Positions 1 through 13,500 of a DNA stretch of 64,000 bases are shown piece by piece. The notes beneath the pieces are model-generated. The model searched no databases and was not told where the DNA came from. It worked only from the letters and a program-made list of their open reading frames with translations. The DNA is from Kudoa neothunni (Eukaryota > Animalia > Cnidaria). The stretch is from NCBI GenBank assembly GCA_964304625.1, contig OZ199840.1, forward strand, positions 9,803,315-9,867,314, read 5' to 3'. The translations under genes and the position numbers were made by a program. Numbering within the stretch: position 1 is the stretch's first letter; each line of letters opens with the position of its first letter.

Positions 1-604
1 ATCAATTTCTTGATGAAATTCTAGTTTTATGAAAGCTTCTAATCCTTTGTCATTTATAATAAAAACTGTCGTACATTTTTTATTATTGGAAGTATTTACA
101 TCTGCAAGAAATTTCTATTCGTCACATATCGTTCAATATGTAAATGATATTTTTATTATTTAAATAAATCTTTCAAATTATTTATTTATAACTCATCTTT
201 ATGTTAATTAAGGAAATAATGTCTAGTCTTTATGTAAATCGATCTGCAAGCTGAATTTTGTAACTTACAGAGAATAGTATTATCACTCATTAATTTTGTT
301 TTGTACTATTATTGATATTATTCGTTTATCTATCAATAGTTTTCACTTCTATTATTATTAATGCTTCATATTTAAAGATAATGAAGCAACCTTATCACAT
401 TTGTCTTAATTAATTATAACTGTTGTATAGACAAGAATAATTTCTGTTGTAACTTTTATAGTCATAATGTTATATAATAAGAATAATCCAATTAATATAT
501 CTTTCATTATCTAAAATAAAAATTATCTACAACCCCCCAAACACACAAAATATACTTCTTGAGTCTATTTAAATAATCGATTTAATTCAAACAAATGAGG
601 AATT
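1..604 (-). repeat. Duplicated upstream (5' flank) block of the surface-protein family; belongs to a further copy lying left of the window
   Basis: 1-604 aligns at high identity with 7351-7894 (upstream of copy 1) and more loosely with ~21165-21680 (upstream of copy 2). Confidence 0.85.
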
Positions 605-606
605 TT

Positions 607-3600
607 GGTAATGGGGGAGTGTGCAGCTCCCATTTTTCACCCCCTTGCGCATGTCTGACAATCCCGATTTTATTTTAAATCAATTATTCACTATTTTAAA
701 CTTTTGGCCGAACAACAATTCGCTTCATAATTCACTTCTAAAAATTTTGCCAAAATTCACGTTCGGCTTCAATCGGTGCGTGTGCATGTGAATGCGCAAG
801 GTAGTTTTGTTCTATTTTCAATATGAATTTATCATATTACTCATGATTAAGCGTGTTTTGTCTTGCTTAAATTTAATATGAATAGTCGGAACGTCGCGGA
901 ATGTAAAAATAGCTGTTTATAGCTGCACGAAATAACTAAAATGTATTAATTTCGTCTGCCAAATTGTTCTAGCTCTCTGCTTGTGCAAAATCGTTTATCA
1001 TGAAATTTATTAGTTTTATATATTATTTTTAATATTCCAAACCAATTTTAAAATAAGCTAATCCACAAATATATCACATGTATTATTAATATTCTTTCAA
1101 AAGCATAATAACTAAGAATTAATTCACATAAACTTTTAATATTATATATGAAATCCATAAATTTGCAGTTTTTATACTGTTAGGGAAAGGAATCATCGTT
1201 CAAATATAACAATAATAATATAGAGGCTAATATAAGGGTATTTATATAGTTAGCGCCAACTGTATATTAATACACAGGTACCGACCAAGATAACGTGTGT
1301 CATTGTAACTTTGACGCCGAAGACTAACTGTTAGCCCCAACAATATACATTTTTATAAATTTTGGATAGAGTCGTTGTGAATTTATAAAATGATTTCATT
1401 GGAACTCTCTACAAGTTTTTATTCGATATAGTTTTTCACCAAGATATTTTTTCGTAAATAAGTCGTATAAGTTAAAAAAGCATGTTTTTATTTTTATCAT
1501 TTTAATTCTATATAAAAATAAAATTTTGTGATTTCATTTATAGTTTTTTAGTTTCCTACATTAGAAACATAACTCACGATAAATTAAAAATTGTAATTCA
1601 TGTATTATTACGTTCTTGTGAGGTTAAAAAGCTAACACTACAATAATCAATGATTCTGTTTAAAAATAATTCAAGAATATAGAGGAGATTATAAAAACTC
1701 TATTTAAATATTATATTTATTTTCTATTTAGCATTGCGCATAGAATAAGAAGCAAATTTAAAAGAACCAAAAAATGGAATTATTATTCAATTAATTCTAA
1801 GAGATAGGGTAGAGTGTATTTATCGAATTTAAAATAAAATCGAAAAATTCCCATTTATTGCTAAACTTCGATCACATCCATTCTTCGTGAAGATATGAAT
1901 CAAGGTACGCTCTGGGGACACCACTCACCCGTCGTAATAATTTGGTCTTAAGATGGTGCCACACAACTTCCACTGTATATTTGTGGTAACCTTCTCTTGT
2001 AACATATTCCTTGGAATGGTTAATATTTTATGGGTAAATCCATACATTCCAAGGGTTTGATATGCTTCGCATTCATCAGTAAATATCGTGGAACCAGGCT
2101 CAACTTCTTGATGTATTAATGATATCAATGCACTCTCATCCCTTCTTTGAACAACAAAAAATCTGGATTCTAATAGATTTCTTTTGCTTTCATTGTCGAC
2201 GGAGCATTCGCATATCCCGACCACCCAAGGCCCTTCGATACAATTACCATAACGCTCAACAGTGTAGGAATTTTCACAGCTTTCGATTTCGTCATTTTTC
2301 GATTCAGATAGAATATAGGTTTTCATTAGGGGCGTTTCTCAACCAACCTTATGCCAAATATCGTCTACGATTATTTTTTCGCTTCCCCCTTAGGAGACAT
2401 TTGTCAATATCGATAACTTTTTTAGGGCCACCAAATTTTGAACGCAAATAAAAACGATTCAGTTGAAATCATCCCAAATTTTGAAAAAAAACCAACATGT
2501 AACCGTTTTTCCAGATAATTGGTGCCAAGCTAACTGTTCTGCTCGCTGTTCTTCGAAACTCCATACATATATTATCTCAAAATATTTCCTGAAATTGTTA
2601 AATTTTAACAATTATTCCCAAATGCGTTAGTCATTGAAAAGAACGTTGATGTCTGAGGAGAACAATGAGTTCTGCATTTTGTACTGTAGGAAAATAAAAT
2701 ATTTTTTACTAACAACATTACTTGGAACATACATATGAAAATCTTTCAGCTAACTTATTGTATCGTTCACTCAAAGCATTAATACTTAATCTTCGTTTAA
2801 TAACTTTCAGTTTTAAAAACTATTGCATCTTCCGCAATTCCTGCATCTTGTAGGAATTCAGATAAGATTTTTGTCAATTAACAAATTTGTTAGTTTCTCG
2901 ATGCTGAGTAAAATGTTGTAACATCGGCGTTGGCTACTGATAAACACCATAACGAAGATTTGGTAAATGTCGTGTTAACTACAATGAAAAACTACTCTGA
3001 AAATGTAAAAATGTGTTATTTATGTTTGGTACAAATAAAAAATACATTAATTATTAGGGGTGTTATTAATTTAATGTAGCGCTGTAGAAAAACACACTGT
3101 TTATGATGATAACAGATAAAATGCCGCTTAGATGGATTATACATTGTTTATTATATTGCAATGTTAAATAACATATGCAAATCTGTCACAAGGGGTTCAT
3201 AAAATAAATTATACATACATTCGAATGAATTTTAGGCAAAAAACAAAAATTTAAGAGAGATATCTATAAAAAGTTTTCTTCTTAGCGTGTTCCCAAAAAA
3301 ATTGGCATAATCGATGTGATGCGGTTAACGCGGTAATGTTTTTCCATTAAGGTCGACAGAAAGATTAAAAATTTGTTGAAATAATGGTGGTAAAACATAT
3401 TGGAAATTTAAAGCAAGGCAAAAAACACGCTTAATCATGAGTAATATGTTAAATTCATATTGAAAATAGAACCAAACTACCTTGCGAATTCACATGCACA
3501 CGCACCGATTGAAGGCCGAACGTGAATTTTTAGCAAAATTTTTAGAAGTGAATTATGAAGCGAATTGTTGTTCGGACAAAAGTTTAAAATAGTGAATAAT

Positions 3601-3679
3601 TGATTTAAAAATAAAATCGGGATTGTCAGACATGCGCAAGGGGGGTGAAAAATGGGAGCTGCGCATTCCTCCATTATCC
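607..3679 (-). mobile_element. Merlin (IS1016/IS1595-like DDE) DNA transposon with ~270-bp terminal inverted repeats; degenerate transposase
   Basis: 607-~878 is the reverse complement of ~3397-3679 and both ends start with GG. Minus-strand remnants at ~1870-2480 include GGPKKVIDID..RGKRKNNR, GPWVVGICE, FFVVQRRDESALISLIHQEVEPGSTIFTDECEAY, typical of ISXO2/IS1595-family transposases, with stops and frameshifts. Confidence 0.85.
1178..1342. mobile_element. Probable solo LTR nested in the Merlin element
   Basis: TGTTAGGG...CCCCAACA termini (TG..CA with short inverted repeat), flanked by TATAC and aTATAC, an imperfect target-site duplication. Confidence 0.35.
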
Positions 3680-3737
3680 ATTATAATTTTTGTATCGCTT
3701 AATAATATTTTTTTTTGGTTATGTTTATGCAATGAAA

Positions 3738-3804
3738 AACTTGGGGTCCAAAAGACCCCAAGTTTGTTGGAGGGTAGTCATTTTTATATAACTTAGAGGG
3801 TTAA
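3738..3804. mobile_element. Orphan piggyBac-like terminus or termini
   Basis: ttggggtccaaaagaccccaa..ttggagggta closely resembles the reverse complement of the end at 46507; it is followed by gagggTTAA. Confidence 0.45.
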
Positions 3805-3982
3805 AGACGGGTTATAAGTTATAACCCAAACTTTCAACTTAAATTAAATAATTATACTTCAAATTAATTTTAATAGAAATATTGGATGAAATAATAGTAC
3901 AATATTCATTTAAATTAGTTATGAATCATGATAAATAATATTATTCATTATGTACTACAAAAAAGAATATTTGTATCATTCT

Positions 3983-6899
3983 TTATTTCTTTTTTGTAGG
4001 CCATAAAACCTCCTATTCCTCCGATAAGGTATAATTGCAACAACAACCGACACTATAATTGCTAAACGAAAAAAAATTAAAAAAACAACAACTCACATCA
4101 CATACATTGTTTTTATTGCCTGACTCTATAAAATAATAATTACATACAAAAAATAATTATAAATAAATTTACGTTGATTTACTACCAGATGCACCTAAAA
4201 TTAGAGTTATACAATATTTCTAAATATTTAAGAATTGGATTACCTTTATCAATTTCAGCTGTACCAAATACTGTGTTATCCCTGCTGTAGTATACGGTCA
4301 AATGATAGTCGTTTAGATCCTCAACATTTTTCAATCGTAAAAGTCTTACAGCTTGGAAGGGTCGTACAATCACCTCCTCCGTTACTCATACATTTTTTAA
4401 CGGTTGGTCTAGCCACGTCGTTTGAATTAATTAACACCCATTTACATTTTGACTCTCCATCTATTCCAACTGGAAGTATGGTCGTTATCTGTAATGTTTT
4501 ATCGTCACGTACTATACTAACAAACATTTTTTTTTGTTAGATCAGTTGGGTCTTCAATTATTGGTTCTAAATTTTTACGTTTTAATAATCGTTAATGATA
4601 TATAATTTTTAATATATATTGTAAAATAATAACTCGGGGTTAGAATGAAATGAGTTTTCTTCAGAACGATCAACAGCTGTAACCAAAATTTTATATTCTT
4701 TCGAAGCGTCGTAACCTTCACTGAATATAATATTGTTACAATATGGTACTTCGGAGCATGATTTGGTATTTTTTTGATGTAGTTTCTGACGACTGTTCTA
4801 CCGTACCAGCTCTAGCAATGGAAATTTTTTTCAACATTAATTAATGATCCAGCCAATGGTGGTTGAATTGGTTTTTGCAGGACATGAATATATTGTATCC
4901 CACGATTCTCCATTTTTAACAGTGATTTTAATAAATGGGCATTTTGCGTCATTAAAACGGTGTGGGACAATTTTCCTATCACTTTAAATCCTCTGTCCAA
5001 TGCTTCCTTCGTAAAAGTAAGAGTCGAATAAGCTTTCGTATTTATAAAAATAATAGATCATTTAATTATAGTACTCGTTCTAATATTTGTGAATATAGTA
5101 GAACCATATTCTTCATATGCAACCACTTTAATATCGTAGGTAGTATTGAGTTCGAGGTCAATTAATTTCTTGGACTCCCTACATAAACCTCTACAAGGAT
5201 TACTATCTACACATGTTGCTTCGAAAAATTTGTTCATTCCTGCTATACTGACAAAGTAATCACATGTGGGTTCAGTTGCTTCGGTTCCGGGATCACCGAC
5301 AATTGCTTTAACTATGCTAGTTGAATCACCCGCAATAGGTTTTGCAGTATTAAAATTTGTGTCAGTTTTTTTATCTGAAATTATTAATTAATTCGAATAT
5401 TATGATAACTTTAATACTTGTTTGGACGAAAATATATTCCTTAAAATCTACATATTTTTTTTATAGTATTAGTAGTAGTAGTAGTAGTAATTGCAACTAC
5501 TATCATTATTGGTCGTCCTTCAGGTAATCCTTGAATAGTGCGAGTAGTATTACAATCATATTTACACCCATCCTTATTTAAACATGGGGCTATAAATTCA
5601 TTATTTTTGGTAGTATCTGCAACATAATATTTGATTTCACACCGTTCAAATGTCTTTGTTTCGCCAGATGGCGCCAATAATGGCACATTTTAACTTTACT
5701 CCGGTATTTGTCACTGATACTAGAGCATTATCATTTCCAGTTGGTTCGATGATGGCTAAAATATAATTAGATAGTTTATCTAATTATTTATACCAAATTT
5801 TTTGTATGTAAATCCTTCGAACGATCCATCCTGTTTTTTCCGATAAACTATGGTGTCTTCTTCGTATCAATATTTCTACAATTGGCTTTGTTGGAGTAAG
5901 AGTGAGTTCTACGTCGTTACAGGGGGCGTAGCATTGTTTGTCGTTATTGCCGCATTTTGATGAATAAACAGGTTTAGGATTTGCTACATCCGATGCATCT
6001 CTGATACTAAAGTGGCATATTTCATTAGGAATTGGGATTCGTAAATTTTAAGTTGTAATTTAGTATTCGCATTGGCAGATTTGTAGCTAACGTAGAATTG
6101 TGGCTTGTAAACGTCTATATTTTCTTTCATATAATAATTTGGCATGTGGTAATAGAAAATAGGATAATCGGAGCATCTCACTTCAAAATACGGGATTTTT
6201 ATTCCATATTCAACAGTATTAATATTGATAGTGTCATTAGCTTTACCACAGTCTGCTGCTTTAGGCACATCTTTGTATTTTATTCCTTTGTAATAAATGG
6301 GACAAGCGACAGGTTTGCATGTGATGGCTTCCAATTTTAAAATATTTCCGGATTTGTGGATGGTTTTATGTTTGGATCCACCAACAAAGCTAAATACTCC
6401 TTAATGTTGATAAATAATGTTTAACATACGAATTGCAAGCCCCAAAAACTTTTCCTCCCTTTGGGGAGACTCGACACTTTAACATTTCCAGCAGATGAAT
6501 CATCTTTTATATAAATGTATTTTGATCTTGGGGATAGTTTACTGTATTCCAGCTTATTGTTGGCACCAGCACAAGTCCTCACGCACATATTTGTAATGCT
6601 AGCCTCATTGCCTTCGCATGTAATGATTTCGCTAAAAATCATTTCCTGTAGCGTTTTTCTTGCATCATGCGACATTTTTTTCGTTGTCGAATATTGTGTT
6701 CCTCTCAGTTCAATATGAACTTTTACTAGTGTTACTTTCGGAATTATCTATTTGATAGAAAACTTCTCTTTCAGCAGAAATGGAACTGGTATCATCGGAA
6801 TAACTAGTATATATAACTAAATGAAATTTACTCAAATCGAACGATGAATTGTATACGCGATAAAATTATGACCAATATTAAGGAGCCTATTTTCATCAT
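3983..6899 (-). pseudogene. Cys-rich FN3-like type I membrane protein, copy 1 (frameshifted: pseudogene or unpolished consensus)
   Basis: Exon/intron layout colinear with copy 2; ATG at 6899/6896, signal peptide MMKIGSLILVIILS. Many single-base insertions in homopolymer runs break the frame. Confidence 0.8.
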
Positions 6900-9800
6900 A
6901 ATTGCAAATTGGCCTGAAAATATTAATCTGTTATTCTGTATATATTCACAGATATATATTCAATTATTAAGCTTCTTACTTAAATATAAATTAAAAAATG
7001 AATGCATTCGGATATTATTAACTATTTATCTATAGTATATATTGTCGGAAAAAATAATAATCAATGTAAAGATTGTCAGTAAAGTATTATAATAGCAGTT
7101 CCTAACGAAAATTATGAAACTAATTGGATTAAATATGGCATTGGGATTTATTATTAATGTTATATTTATTTAAGATAAAGGTTAAAATATTCTATTATTA
7201 TTTCTTGAGAAGTTTATTTTTATAATGTATAATTATTATATATTCAATTAAATATTACTTATATTATTGTTTTTCCCAATTTATCTTTTATAACGAAATA
7301 GAAAAGCTTTATATTAAAAAATAAAGCATCTTATCAAATTAGTAAAAAACATCAATTTCTTGAGGAAATTCTGGTTTTATGTATGCTTCTAATCGTTTGT
7401 GATTATCATAAAAACTGTCGTAAATTTTTTATTATTGGAATGTATTTACATCTGCAAGAAATTTCTATTTGTCAAATATCGTTCAATATGTAAACGATAT
7501 CTTTATTATTTAAATAAACCTTTCAAATTATTTATGTTTAACTCATCTTTATGTTAATTAAGGAAATAATGCCTAGTCTTTATGTAAGTCGATCTGCAAG
7601 CTGAATTTTGTAACGTATAGAGAATAGTATTATCACTCATTAGTTTTGTTTTATACTATTGTTGATATTATTCGTTTACTTATAAATATTTTTCACATCT
7701 ATCATTAATAATGCTTCATATTTAAAGAAAATGAAGCAACCTTGTGGCATTTGTCTTAATTAATTATAACTGTTGTATAGAGAAGAATAATTTCTAATTG
7801 TAACATAAAAATTATCTACTACCCCCCCAAACACACAAAATATACTTCTTGAGTCTATTTAAATAATCGATTAAATTCAAACAAATGAGGAATTATAGCT
7901 TAAATGATATCTATGGATTTTTACAAGTTGATATAATATATTGATTTTCCGTAAGGAAAACTCTGTTCTAATCTTATTCTGGAAAAATTAGGTCATTTAC
8001 GACTATAACATCGGCTTTATCTAAAAAATACATATTAAATTTTTTTTCTTGAAATTAATCTCAAATTTAAATAACCACGAAATTATATTTTTTGTTTTAT
8101 GTTTAGAAACACTTAATAATTTAAAAAGAAACAGAATTTCTAAAAATTTGAAATACAGAAATTAAAAATTAAATATAATTAATTTATATTTAATGATTTT
8201 CAAATCGGCATCTATTAAAATATTTCCAGATTATACGTATGCAATACAAACATCTCAAACCCACAAGAACAATTCAAATGACTGTTTTCCACATAAACCT
8301 CACATTAATACTTTTTCGGAATGTTATGTTAGTCAGCTTTAGATTATCTTAGACAGAAATAGAATTATTCGAATATTTGAAGTATATTAATGTTGATTTA
8401 AAACAAATAAACTTTATAAATTCCCATTTTTTCTAAAAAAATTTAAAGTTTTTTAAAAAATTCTTTAATATTAATGAAATTATTTTTCACAACAAAATTT
8501 GGAACACCAATGAACGTTGTAACGAGAAGATTCAAAACTGAAATAAATTCTTAAAATTATAATTTAAAGGGATTCAATTAATTTTTGGGCATATATCTAA
8601 GATGTTAAATACATAATTTACTTTTTTAATTATCTATTGTAAATATACAAGTTATAGATTGTCAATTTCGTTCCTAATGTGACAATAGTATAGATGAGCA
8701 ATATCATCTAGTCAATAGACAGTTTGAATCAATTGACGTATTATAATTTAGTTTGTTTTTGTTAGTTGCGATTTCTTAGGTACCGGATAATCCGATCGTG
8801 CTCTGGCTATATCTCAGGTAAAGAATATCTCTAAATTATTTCATCTATTTTATTCATATTTACATATAAAATAATATTTAATTACCTCAGTTTTTGTAAA
8901 TTTTAGAAAAATTGGTAGAATAAATTAACAATAATTGAACCATCATTAATTAAACGATAATATATTTTAATTATCGTATATTTTTTAATATTCCGATAAA
9001 TAACCAAATTATAAATTATGAAAATATAGATAATTAAAAAAATATCCTTTTTTTTGCTCATATTTCGTATTTTAACAAGAAATATAATATATGAAGACTC
9101 AAACTAGCGAAGAAGGTATCGTAAAATATAACAGTTATCATATGCAGAAAATAAATTTCATATATGATTCCAGTTTTTAGAGTTTATTTATATAATAAAC
9201 TCTTTTTATGCCTTAATGTTTGTCAAATAACTTTCTCATTGCTTTCCAATTGACTTTAATTTCTTCAATAGAATTGTGAGGTTTAATATATTCAACAAAA
9301 ATAATATGTTAATTCTAACTTTACATATATGTTATTCTATGATATTTTTAGATTTATCACTAATATTCAATTTTTTCCTATGAGATTCTAAATCATTTTA
9401 TGTGTCAATGTTTGTCATTTTTATTGGTGAAATGAATATTAAATCAACAGAAGACTTGTAATTATCATTATCATTATTTGATGCATTCATGGTTTTAAGA
9501 AATGAAGAAAAGCAAATAGAAATCAACGTATATGTGAGGCATTACAACGGAATACAACTATACTACAGTCATCGCATAAGGGGATATAGAATCTGAAAGT
9601 GAATTCTCACTTGAATTCTTTTACAAGCCTTTTCGGTTGAATCATACCTATAGCAATGTGGTGGATTAAATTTTTAACGTGCGATCTGATAAACGCTTAC
9701 CAAAGAAATTTTGTCACGCGCAAAGTCCTGAAAAATGCAGACGAAAAAATTCAAAATACTTCCATAAGCGTATTCAAAGATATAGCAACACAATACAAAG

Positions 9801-10569
9801 TCACGTTTAAAATTAACGCGTTCTTCTAATCAGGATTTGAGGTTACTTTAAGAATTGGGGTCAAATTGACCATGGAATTGGATCGTAATAGCAATAAGAC
9901 GATAGCAAACGGACATTTTACAAAATGTATTTCTTGGAAAATTTGCATATGCAAGCTTAGCATTGATCAGCAATACGATTTCAGAACAGGTACGTATTTT
10001 CTAACACCCAAGTATGTTAAACAGGAAAAATAGCTATACCTACCATTTTATGTTTGTTTTAGAAATCCATCCAACTTCTGATCCTATTACAATGCTAGAT
10101 ACTGACAGCATTCTTAAGAAGAAAATAGAGGTTGATATAACACCCCAAGTCACGATTAATGGTCTCCATAAAATTGGATCAGCAGCATGAAGTATTAGAT
10201 ATTTTTTTTGTGATATTAACACAGCACACTTCGAACAGTAAACGAAGCATATAAATCGCATGACCTACTGTTACATCCAAAAATAAATGTCGGGGATGGA
10301 GTTTGTTATTAATTTCACACTCCAAAAAATGGCAAACAAAAGTGTTTCATGTAAAGTTTCTACTCTTATCGCTTAATGATAATAGAATAACTTTTGAACA
10401 TACTGCAAAGAATTGGAATAATGTTCCACATAATATTGTAGATATATTCCCAAAAATAGAATCAGAGACATTGTTTCATATAAATAAATTTGAATGAAAT
10501 TTATATAAATATTGAATTTAAATAGGCGAGTAAGATCCATAAAGATAAGAAAATGATAGCATAATCAAT

Positions 10570-13500
10570 TACTGTAATACCTCCTTATAAACTGTATTTT
10601 TGGTCAGACCATTTGGAGAAAAAGAGTATAAATTGTGTTTGCAACTTACCCTGGAGAAGACGACATACAACTGCCAATGAGAAAAACACGGTTCCTCTTA
10701 ATATAAACCAGCAACTTTGAAGATTTGTCACTGGGCCTTATTTATGGATATTACAAGATATGATTTGATGGGAAATTGCAGTCTTTTAAAATTAAAGGCG
10801 GTGTCTGAACGAATAATCGGAATATATACATCTTCCCCTCTGGCACAGCCTGTTACGATAACGGCCTAAATAAGATAAGACATTAACGTCTTTACCACTA
10901 ATCGGGTGCTGTTATACAACCTTGGTGAATCCAAATTTCTTAGCAATATAATTGGAGTGTCTACCTTTAGGAGAAGTTTGTGTGAAGGAACCCTCGATAG
11001 CTCTAAAGTCGAGACTCTAGACCGTTGAGGAATTCAACGGGAAATTAATACATTGATTTTTGTCCACAATGGTGTCATATGATTTATACTCTGTAGAGTC
11101 GCCTGGAATAAGATGGATCAATCTATCATTGATTTTGTTTACGGATTGGTTTGTGGGGGTTAAGATAGCTCGTTCTGACAGTCAATTAGAGTTGTAAAAT
11201 TTTTGTTGTATTTCTGGAAAAACACGGTTTATCTAATCATCCATGGACGAAATCAAGTTTGCCAGGGAACATAGAGGTATGCATCCATTGTGCCCAATCG
11301 TAAGTTGATCATTACCTATCCGTGGTATTTCTGAAGCGAATTGATTGGTTCCTTCTTTCTTTGCTGAGTTGCGCTCTCATATTGGTGATGGGATGGTGGG
11401 TTTTAACTCTCGCCCATAAGGAAGAGAACTTTAGGGAATATTTTACTTCGTCATATCTTGTATCTCTGGGTATTACATGTAAAGTTTGGCGAAAATTGCC
11501 GGACAAAACCATTTTGATTCCGCCATATGGAATGTTTTTGTCTGTTTTATCCCTTATCGTTCTATCTAAAGCTTTGAAAACCACTCTGTTTGTCATTGTG
11601 CATTCATCCCATATGATGGCCGTACATCTAGCCAACAATTTAGACAAACCTGTCCCCTGCTGATTGCACATACGACGGTTTCATCATCCTTAATCGCGAT
11701 TGGCAACTTAAATGTACTATGGGCGACCCTACCTCCTGGAAACAATTTGGCTGCAATGTCCTAAGATGCAATAGCGAGTACAATTTTAGATCCCTTCTTA
11801 ATTCGACCAATAAAATAGTTGTCACAAATGTCTTATCTATACCACTAGGTGCATCAAGAAAAAAAACGTTACAATTACCTATATTGTTATAAATACGTAT
11901 CAACACTGTTTCGAATGCAAATCTTTGGTCAGGCGTCAGTTTCGGCTTGTTTATTTCTATAAAATCAGATAATTCTTCAGTGTCGTAGGCTAACTCTCTT
12001 TGGACTTCGTTTGAAAGAGGGACGCCAAATGTTCCATCCAAAGGAAGAAATCTGTGTGAATTTAACATTCCTCCGCTCATTTGAATTAAAGTTCTTTTTG
12101 TGTCAATTAGGGCATGTTAAAAATCTCAGAATTGAAAACCTAGTTTGACATTAAACTGTTTTGTTGCAGTTGATATCAGTAATCTTCCGACATATCTTCT
12201 TTAAAAAGTAACCAATGTTTGTGAGGCTGGCGCGTTTCGCAACTTTTGATCAACAGTGCGAATAATATTCGTAATTGACGTGGACTGTTTATAAGAGCCG
12301 CTTCTCTTAATGTACATTCCCAGTGGTCGTCTCCCTCCATCTAACCATTTTTAATGCACGCTTAAAGTTATGTTGGGTATAGCTGACCGTTAACCTTCTT
12401 AAGATCGTCAAAACTTTTAGGTCCCTTTACACAATGGAGCAACATCCTCAAATAAAAACATTCTTGATGTGCAGGGTGTACACTGTAAACTCTTCTTATT
12501 GTAGAGTCAAATCGTATGACTGGATGGCCTTTAACTGGACATCCTCTTTTTCTCCGACGCCAACTATTATCATTCCATACGTAATAAGATGGGACTTGAT
12601 GGTAGAGGAGACTTTGAGCGAATTCGTCATTCTGGCATAACTTGAAAAAAGCGGTTAATGGCGTATCCCTTTGATTTAGTAACCGATTCAACAAAGTTTC
12701 GTCGATGAAATGAATACGCCGACCGTTCTCCAAATGGACGCTTAAATGCTCTATGGTTGGAAGATGATTATGAATATTGAAGCCTAATAACCTCCAAAAT
12801 CCTTCGTTACTGCTTATGTAAAGACCAGCCATATAATTTGAAACTTTAACCAAACGATCTCTTTGATTAACAACAAACATGGCGGCAACAGAACCTTTGT
12901 TTACACACTTGCACATATATTTAGTGGACTTGACTGAATGGCAATACATTACATAAATATAGGAATTGAAAATCTTCGTCAACAAAGGACAATAGAGAAC
13001 AATCCAACTATTATCTATGATGACTTCCCCACCGTTGTTCAGATGGATTGACACCTGAAAACCCCCATCTTCAGCTTCAGGTCGTCTTATTTTGTAAACA
13101 GAATATCTATCAGTGTCTGTCTGGGAGAGTTTTTGGTGTATTTTCTCTGATCAATCATGCACGGGCTTTCTGGATTCGACGCACCACAGGGACTATGTAC
13201 CATAGTTGTTTTTACAATCTGGAAAAATACTGGATGTACACCTGGGTCTAGTAATTCGCTCAATATGAATTGGTCGATATCATTGGAACACAGTTTCTGT
13301 TTCATCCAGACCAATATATGAGCGTGTGGCAACCCCATTTCTGCCACTCAATAGTATACATAACACTAAAATTCACCAAAAATCTTCAATACATAAATTC
13401 AATTCATCAAAATTTTAATTACAAGTTGAATACTCTGGCAAATATATCTGGTCTGTCTTTAGGTGCTTGGCCATGAAATAACTCTTCATTAATTTCGCTC

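Noticed and set aside
9560-10480. Slightly GC-richer stretch with an intron-like GT..AG segment and coding-like fragments
   Set aside because: Multiple stops and no recognisable motif; it cannot be supported as a gene or assigned to a TE.
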